Below are positions 58,117 through 64,000 of a stretch of 64,000 bases of DNA, one piece after another (position 1 is the first letter of the stretch; the number at the start of each line of letters is the position of its first letter). The stretch is taken from NCBI GenBank assembly GCA_031270665.1, contig JAISXD010000041.1, forward strand, positions 211 to 64,210, in the 5' to 3' direction. The stretch comes from Tannerellaceae bacterium. Its GTDB lineage: Bacteria; Bacteroidota; Bacteroidia; Bacteroidales; Tannerellaceae. The notes under the pieces were generated by a model, which made no database searches, was not told the DNA's origin, and saw nothing but the letters and a program-made list of their open reading frames with translations. Both the position numbers and the translations under genes were made by a program.

Positions 58117-61100
58117 GTATTCTTCCGGTTTATTCTCTTCTTCGCCTTTCTTTTCGTTTAGCTTTTCATCCATATATGCTGAGGGCGACATGCCAAAATA
58201 GGCATTAAAGCTGCTGCTAAAATAGGAAGGCGTGCTGTATCCTACCTTATAGCCTATTTCCGAAATGCTTAATTTGCCGGTACCAAGCAAATAGGCAGCC
58301 TGTTTCATCCGAATCATTTTAATAAAATCTACGGGCGTCTTCCCTGTCAGTGCTTTTAATTTCCGGTGTAAATGCGTTCGGCTCAAGCCTAATTTTTTAC
58401 TCATATCTTCTACGCTTAACTCGGGATTCTCCATATTGTTGCGCACATAGTCAATGCCGTGCTGCAACAGGCGTTCGTCTACGCTTGTAAGCATTATTTC
58501 CCGGGCGTCCATATTGATGGACTTGCTAAAACGTTCTTTCATCTTATTACGAAGCTCTATCAGCTTCTCAATACGGATTTTCAAATGTCTGGTGTAAAAA
58601 GGCTTGACAATATAACTGTCCGCTCCCGTTTCCAGTCCTTCCAAGCGGTGCTCCATACTGCCTTGCGCCGTAAGAATGATAACCGGAATATGGCTGGTAG
58701 CAGGCTCTGTCTTTAGTATATTACAAAGCTCAAACCCGTTTAATTCCGGCATCATTACATCGGTAATGATCAGGTCGGGAATTATTTTCTGCGCTTTTTC
58801 AAGTCCTTTCCTACCGTCCGACGCTTCCTCTATCTGATATTGGTTTTCTAATTCCTGCCGGATATACATACGCATATCCGCATCATCTTCCACAAGTAAA
58901 ATGACGGGGTGGTTGGGGGTGTCTTTGTCTTCTTTTTTAGATACCGGTACTTTTACGGTATCACTTCTTTCCGGCAATTCGCTATTCCTCATTATCTCTT
59001 CCGGCAGAAAATGGCTGTTTCCCGGTAAGATAACAATCCTAAATGTACTACCGGCATTGGGTTCGCTCTCTACTAAAATTTGCCCCTTATGCAATTCAAC
59101 AATTGTTTTTGTCAGATGCAAGCCTATTCCCGTACCCATATGCTGATGGCTCTCTTTCTGGAAAAAGCGGTCGAAAACGTGCGCCTTTGTTTCTTCGTCC
59201 ATCCCAATTCCCGTATCTTTAACCGACAGCAAAACAGTACCCTTATCCGTCAACCGGATATCTACCTGTATCTTACCATTCTCTGGCGTAAATTTATAGG
59301 CATTATACAGTAAGTTATTCAAGCACTTTTCGAGCATGTCGCAATCATACCACACAATGATCATACTGGGGTTCCATGTGTAAGTCAAGGCTATATGCTT
59401 TTGTCTTACGAGTTCCGTATAAGGACTCATAACAGTCGTAACGAAAGAAACAAGTTCAACAGGTTCCACATGCAAATTCATTTTTCCGTCTTCAATCTTA
59501 TTTATATCAAGTATCTGATTGATCAACCGTTGAAGGCGCTCCACATTCCGAAGGATAAGAGAAATTGTTTTTCTTTTCTCTACAACTTCTTCGTTGCGCA
59601 ACAACCGTTCCAGCGGCCCTATAATTAATGTAATCGGCGTACGGAATTCATGGCTGATATTCATAAAGAAATTAGTCTTTGCCACACTGAGTTCTTCCTG
59701 TTGTTTCAACTTGATACGCTCTATGCGTAATTGGTCTTTTACTTTAAACTTTCCGTATACAAATTTCGCTATTAAAGATAAAAGGGCTAACGCTAAAATA
59801 ACATAGCCTGATTTAGCCCACCAAGTGTTCCATATAGCAGGTTCTATTTCAATAATCAGGGATGTTTCTTCACCCTCCCAAACATCCGGGGTATTACTGG
59901 CTTTTATACGGAATGTATAAATTCCCGGATTCAGGTTCGTATAGGTTATGCTCCGGTGCGTATAATTATAATTGGTCCAATCTTTATCAAAGCCGTCCAA
60001 TTTACATGAATAGATCGTCATATACGAGTCTAAAATTCCCATGCCCACAAAGTCAAGCGTAAAATTTTTATGGCTCTGCTTCAACTTGATTTTTTTAGTT
60101 ATTTCAATATTTTGGGTAAGTACAACCTTTCCGTTTATTTTCTTGTTGATCGATACTTGTTCATTAAATATTTTCAGACCGGTTATATGTACCTTAGGAG
60201 TAGCGGGAACATCATAAATTTCATCCGGATAGAAGGTATTCAAACCATTCACTCCGCCAAAAAACAGCTCTCCTTCCGGGCTTTTATAATAGGAACCCAA
60301 TAAAAATTCATTGCTTTGCAAGCCGCTATTGAATAAATAACGGTTAAGTTGCCCTGTTTCCGGCGAGAATCTCACAATGCCATGATTGGTGCTCAACCAT
60401 AATTGGTCTTTACTCTTATGCGTAAGTATGCCATTAATCACCGGGCTATAATACTCCCGATGCATCGGATATACTTTTGTAAAGGTATTATTTTCGGGAT
60501 TATACCTGTTCAATCCATTGGCAGTGCCTATCCATATCGTACCCCCGGCATCTTCGGCAACCGAAAATACCGACAGGCTGCTAAGGCCATTGCTCCGGTC
60601 GAAAAAAGTAAATGATTCGATATCAATATCCATACAACTCAGTCCAAAGTAAGTGCCAATCCACAAACGGTTTTTACTGTCGATGAAAAGGATAACGATA
60701 TGGTCGTTCACCAACCCTCTGTTTTCGGCGCTCCGAAACGTTCGAAAAACTTTGTTTTCAGGGTCAAAGCGGGTTAATCCTCCCCCATTGGTACCAAGCC
60801 AGAGATTCCCGCGCTTGTCTTCCTGGATATTTTTAATAAAGTCAGACTGCAAGGCATTTGCATTCCTCTTCTCCGCTCTAAAATGGGTAAACGTACTGTC
60901 GTCTCTATTGAAAAGACATAGCCCGCCTATATACGTTCCGGCCCATACCCTGTTCTTACTGTCGCAGAATACACTCACTACGGCATTGTCTGAAATTGAT
61001 TGCGGGTTATTCGGGTCGTAAATGTAATGCGTATACTGTTTTGTCTGAGGGTTGTAGTGGTTTAGGCCTCCCCCATCGGTAGCAATCCAGATGTTTTTTT

Positions 61101-62235
61101 CCTTGTCGGTTGTTATACCTGTTACCTGTCCGTAATTTAATGAATTGGGTTCATTGTTAATTTTCCTCAGCGATTTAAAACCTGTTTTTTCATACCCCAT
61201 TACAAAAACACCTTTATAACTCAACGACATCCAAATGTAATTATAGCTGCCTCTGTATATACTATGAACTTTTGAATCGCCTATTTCATCAACCATCTCC
61301 TTAAATACAGGATGTTGCTTTAATTCTTTTTTCACAGGATCAAAAATAAAGGCCCCTTTTCCCTCTGTCCCTATAAGTATATTCCCATCCAAATCTTCAT
61401 TCGCACAGAAAACGGAACGAATGTTCAGTTTGTTGAATACATCCGGGTACGAAGTAAATTGTTTCTTTTGGGAATCGTATATAGAAAGCCCCTGCCGTAA
61501 CGTAGAAATCAACATATCTCCATTGGCCCGAAGGCATAAATCGAAAACAGCATTGCTAATCAAGGCATGGTTCGCCATATTGTAATTACGAAAAGTCCGG
61601 GTAACAGGGTTGTAAACAGATATTCCATTATCTTGCGAGCCAAACCATATATTTCCTTCCTTATCTTCTTCCACCGATTCAATATACAAACTACACAGGG
61701 ACGGAGAAGAAGACGCCCCCGAAGGAGAGAGAAGAAAACTATCCCCGGTATCAGGCGAATAACAAACTACTCCGTATCCGGAAACAGCGAACCATAAATT
61801 TCCGCGGCTATCTTCTATTATATCGGTACATTGATTATTTTTTACCACCTCGTCGGGCAGGTTTAGCGAAACATTAATAAACCCGTCGCAAGCCAGGTCG
61901 TAATATTCAAGCCCGGCAATGGTAGCCACCCATAAACGATTACCCGAATCCTGGAACAGTGCAGTGATATGGTTGCTTATAAGAGACAACGAATCTCCCG
62001 GTTGGTTTTTGTATATCGTAAAATCATAACCGTTGAACCGATTAAGGCCATCTTCAGTTCCAACCCACAGGAAATTTGTATTATCCTGTAAAATGGAGGT
62101 TACTTTTGTACTTGACAGGCCATGCCCGGTCGTAAAAAGATAAGTTATCATACTCTGCATATCTGGATAGGCAAACAGGTGATTATTTAGAGTAGTCAAC
62201 AGATAAAGAAAGGCAACAAGCAGGTTTTTTTTCAT
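58111..62235 (-). CDS. Hybrid two-component system, orphan (no adjacent susCD)
   Basis: Reg_prop repeats, Y_Y_Y domain, SHEFRTP, TDVMMP, AraC HTH. Confidence 0.96.
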   Translation of the reverse strand: MKKNLLVAFLYLLTTLNNHLFAYPDMQSMITYLFTTGHGLSSTKVTSILQDNTNFLWVGTEDGLNRFNGYDFTIYKNQPGDSLSLISNHITALFQDSGNRLWVATIAGLEYYDLACDGFINVSLNLPDEVVKNNQCTDIIEDSRGNLWFAVSGYGVVCYSPDTGDSFLLSPSGASSSPSLCSLYIESVEEDKEGNIWFGSQDNGISVYNPVTRTFRNYNMANHALISNAVFDLCLRANGDMLISTLRQGLSIYDSQKKQFTSYPDVFNKLNIRSVFCANEDLDGNILIGTEGKGAFIFDPVKKELKQHPVFKEMVDEIGDSKVHSIYRGSYNYIWMSLSYKGVFVMGYEKTGFKSLRKINNEPNSLNYGQVTGITTDKEKNIWIATDGGGLNHYNPQTKQYTHYIYDPNNPQSISDNAVVSVFCDSKNRVWAGTYIGGLCLFNRDDSTFTHFRAEKRNANALQSDFIKNIQEDKRGNLWLGTNGGGLTRFDPENKVFRTFRSAENRGLVNDHIVILFIDSKNRLWIGTYFGLSCMDIDIESFTFFDRSNGLSSLSVFSVAEDAGGTIWIGTANGLNRYNPENNTFTKVYPMHREYYSPVINGILTHKSKDQLWLSTNHGIVRFSPETGQLNRYLFNSGLQSNEFLLGSYYKSPEGELFFGGVNGLNTFYPDEIYDVPATPKVHITGLKIFNEQVSINKKINGKVVLTQNIEITKKIKLKQSHKNFTLDFVGMGILDSYMTIYSCKLDGFDKDWTNYNYTHRSITYTNLNPGIYTFRIKASNTPDVWEGEETSLIIEIEPAIWNTWWAKSGYVILALALLSLIAKFVYGKFKVKDQLRIERIKLKQQEELSVAKTNFFMNISHEFRTPITLIIGPLERLLRNEEVVEKRKTISLILRNVERLQRLINQILDINKIEDGKMNLHVEPVELVSFVTTVMSPYTELVRQKHIALTYTWNPSMIIVWYDCDMLEKCLNNLLYNAYKFTPENGKIQVDIRLTDKGTVLLSVKDTGIGMDEETKAHVFDRFFQKESHQHMGTGIGLHLTKTIVELHKGQILVESEPNAGSTFRIVILPGNSHFLPEEIMRNSELPERSDTVKVPVSKKEDKDTPNHPVILLVEDDADMRMYIRQELENQYQIEEASDGRKGLEKAQKIIPDLIITDVMMPELNGFELCNILKTEPATSHIPVIILTAQGSMEHRLEGLETGADSYIVKPFYTRHLKIRIEKLIELRNKMKERFSKSINMDAREIMLTSVDERLLQHGIDYVRNNMENPELSVEDMSKKLGLSRTHLHRKLKALTGKTPVDFIKMIRMKQAAYLLGTGKLSISEIGYKVGYSTPSYFSSSFNAYFGMSPSAYMDEKLNEKKGEEENKPEEYS

Positions 62236-62352
62236 ATATTTTTTTTTCGTAATGTAAATGTAAGACTATTTTGTCACATATGCAACATTGTCGAAAGGAT
62301 TGTGCACATAATTGACAGTATTTATATGCGTTTATTATTAATCTTTGCACAA

Positions 62353-62460
62353 GATACTTTTAACTAACCCATCACAATAGCTACTATCGTTAAGACAGTA
62401 GCAACATAACACCTGAAACTATTACAAGGTATATTTGTATGGTTTCAGGTTGTTTTTTTT
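62353..62460 (+). ncRNA. Candidate small RNA of about 108 nt
   Basis: AATCTTTG -7-like box at 62340-62347, internal hairpin 62380-62402, terminator 62408-62460, no ATG-initiated ORF before the terminator. Confidence 0.45.
62408..62460 (+). terminator. Intrinsic terminator
   Basis: ACCTGAAACTA..TACAA / TTGTA TGGTTTCAGGT stem followed by T8. Confidence 0.85.
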
Positions 62461-62511
62461 GAATATTTGATACTTTTGTATAATCTTTATAACAACACGA
62501 AAGGAGCAATT

Positions 62512-63828
62512 ATGCCATGTATTCTTATTATAGAGGACGACACTACATTTTCACTGATGCTTTCTACCTGGTTAAAAAAGAAAAACTTTATGGTAAAAGC
62601 GGTAAGTTATGTTTCCGATGCAAAACAAGAAATAGAAGCGGAAAGTTATGATTTACTTTTATCCGACTTCCGGCTCCCGGACGGTGATGGCATCGATATA
62701 CTAAAATGGCTAAAAAAAACAGGACGCTCCCTGCCATTAATTATGATGACCGGCTATGCAGATATTCAAACAGCCGTACAATCCATAAAATTGGGCGCTT
62801 CCGACTACATAACCAAACCGATAAACCAGAATGGGCTGTTACTCAAAATAAACGAAATTCTTACTGTCACTCAAACGCAGAATCCGCCTGCTTCTTTCCC
62901 TGAAGGATATATCGAAGGGCAAAGTACGGTTGCCGGCCAGATGTATGAATACATACGATTGGTAGCGCCAACGGATATGTCCGTATTAATCACAGGTTCA
63001 AGCGGTACGGGAAAAGAATTGGTAGCCCGGTACATCCATGAACAAAGTAGCCGGAAAAAGGCTCCTTTTGTAGCGGTAGATTGTGGAGCAATCCCGAAAG
63101 ACCTTGCCGTATCCGAATTTTTCGGCCATATAAAAGGCTCCTTTACCGGTGCGATTGATAATAAAACAGGCGCTTTCCAGATGGCTCACGGAGGAACTAT
63201 TTTCCTTGACGAAATCGGGAATTTAACGTACGAGGTGCAAGTACAGTTACTCCGGGCCTTACAAGAACATAAGGTTAAACCGATAGGCAGTAATCATGAA
63301 ATAAGAACAGACATTCGATTAATCTCTGCCACAAACGAAAATCTGCAGAATGCCATTAAAAACGGAGACTTCCGGGAAGACCTGTATCACCGTATCAACG
63401 AGTTTGCGATCCGTATTCCTGATTTAAAAGAACGGAAATACGATATTATGCTATTTGCCAACCATTTTCTAAGCTTAGCTAATAAGAATTTACAGAAAGG
63501 TATTACAGGCTTTGCTCCCGAAACAATCGAATTTTTCCAATCGTATCCCTGGCCGGGGAATTTAAGGCAAATGAAAAATGCCGTGAAATATGCAACGCTG
63601 TTGGCAACCGGACGGTATATAACGATAAAAGACTTGCCCGGGGATATGACGTCTTCTCCCTCAACCTTTACGGAAAGCTCCTCGCTACGCAATGAAGCGC
63701 ACGAAAAAGAACTGATACAAAAAGCCCTTACCAAATCGGGAAATAATAAAACGACTACCGCCCGTATACTGGGTATAGACAGAAAAACCTTATACAATAA
63801 ACTAAAACAATACAACCTGATAAAATAA
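62512..63828 (+). CDS. Sigma-54-dependent response regulator (REC, AAA+, Fis HTH)
   Basis: ILIIEDD, SDFRLPDG, GSSGTGKE, GSFTGA, FLDEIG, FREDLYHR, WPGNLR, LGIDRKTLY; TACTTTTG box at 62471-62478. Confidence 0.95.
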   Translation: MPCILIIEDDTTFSLMLSTWLKKKNFMVKAVSYVSDAKQEIEAESYDLLLSDFRLPDGDGIDILKWLKKTGRSLPLIMMTGYADIQTAVQSIKLGASDYITKPINQNGLLLKINEILTVTQTQNPPASFPEGYIEGQSTVAGQMYEYIRLVAPTDMSVLITGSSGTGKELVARYIHEQSSRKKAPFVAVDCGAIPKDLAVSEFFGHIKGSFTGAIDNKTGAFQMAHGGTIFLDEIGNLTYEVQVQLLRALQEHKVKPIGSNHEIRTDIRLISATNENLQNAIKNGDFREDLYHRINEFAIRIPDLKERKYDIMLFANHFLSLANKNLQKGITGFAPETIEFFQSYPWPGNLRQMKNAVKYATLLATGRYITIKDLPGDMTSSPSTFTESSSLRNEAHEKELIQKALTKSGNNKTTTARILGIDRKTLYNKLKQYNLIK

Positions 63829-63843
63829 AACGCGGCTGTTTTA

Positions 63844-64000
63844 TCAATCTAACATCAAACTCAGATAGGCTATTTTATTCGGATAACCAAACAAATGGGA
63901 AGTTAGCGCTTTGATATCCATCCGTTCCATCTCAGCAATGGAGACACAGCTTTCGGGATGAGCCTCGGACCATATCCGGATAAGGCGTTCCCTGTCCATA
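63844..64000 (-). CDS. 3' end of a gene entering from the right, probable GNAT acetyltransferase
   Basis: Minus frame reads MDRERLIRIWSEAHP...LFGYPNKIAYLSLMLD-stop; a YxSLMLD C-terminus is recalled from Bacteroidetes GNATs. Confidence 0.55.
   Translation of the reverse strand, partial: MDRERLIRIWSEAHPESCVSIAEMERMDIKALTSHLFGYPNKIAYLSLMLD

Noticed and set aside
62512-63828. RteB of a conjugative transposon
   Set aside because: No tetQ, rteA, rteC, tra genes or integrase nearby
1-64000. tRNA, rRNA, IS elements, prophage or defence genes
   Set aside because: None recognised by eye; covariance-model and HMM searches were not possible

Overview
64 kb of a Bacteroidales chromosome. The gene content and the many TAnnTTTG -7 promoter boxes suggest a Parabacteroides/Tannerellaceae-like organism. 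From left to right: the tail of a beta-propeller lipoprotein plus accessory signal peptidase I cluster; a multiply lesioned pseudogene; a GC-rich ECF-sigma/FecR-regulated PUL (SusC, SusD, GH106-like, two GH28, a truncated non-catalytic GH28 paralog, a heparinase II/III-family lyase, KdgF-like cupin); ftsB-like and dnaX from a symmetric divergent promoter; DUF1080 and queF; a DUF6261 gene with an upstream 42/43-bp tandem array and gene debris; a DUF5916 protein; glycerate kinase; threonine aldolase; a three-gene transhydrogenase; FadL; an HTCS-regulated PUL (SusC, SusD, GH29, divergent GH2); beta-mannosidase, acyl-CoA ligase and mfd; GT2 and pyrC; an orphan HTCS; a sigma-54 response regulator; and the 3' end of a probable GNAT. 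No rRNA, tRNA, CRISPR array, integrase or transposase was recognised. The most notable non-obvious signals are: (1) an A9 run in dnaX with immediate stops in both shifted frames and a downstream hairpin, a likely tau/gamma recoding site; (2) a promoter-to-terminator structured sRNA candidate of about 108 nt divergent from the orphan HTCS; (3) a shared GAGAC-N16-GAGAT operator with identical geometry at the susC and GH2 promoters; (4) the lyase/KdgF/GH28/GH106 PUL with a pseudo-enzyme; (5) the helically phased tandem array upstream of DUF6261. Family assignments come from motif recognition only, with no database searches.
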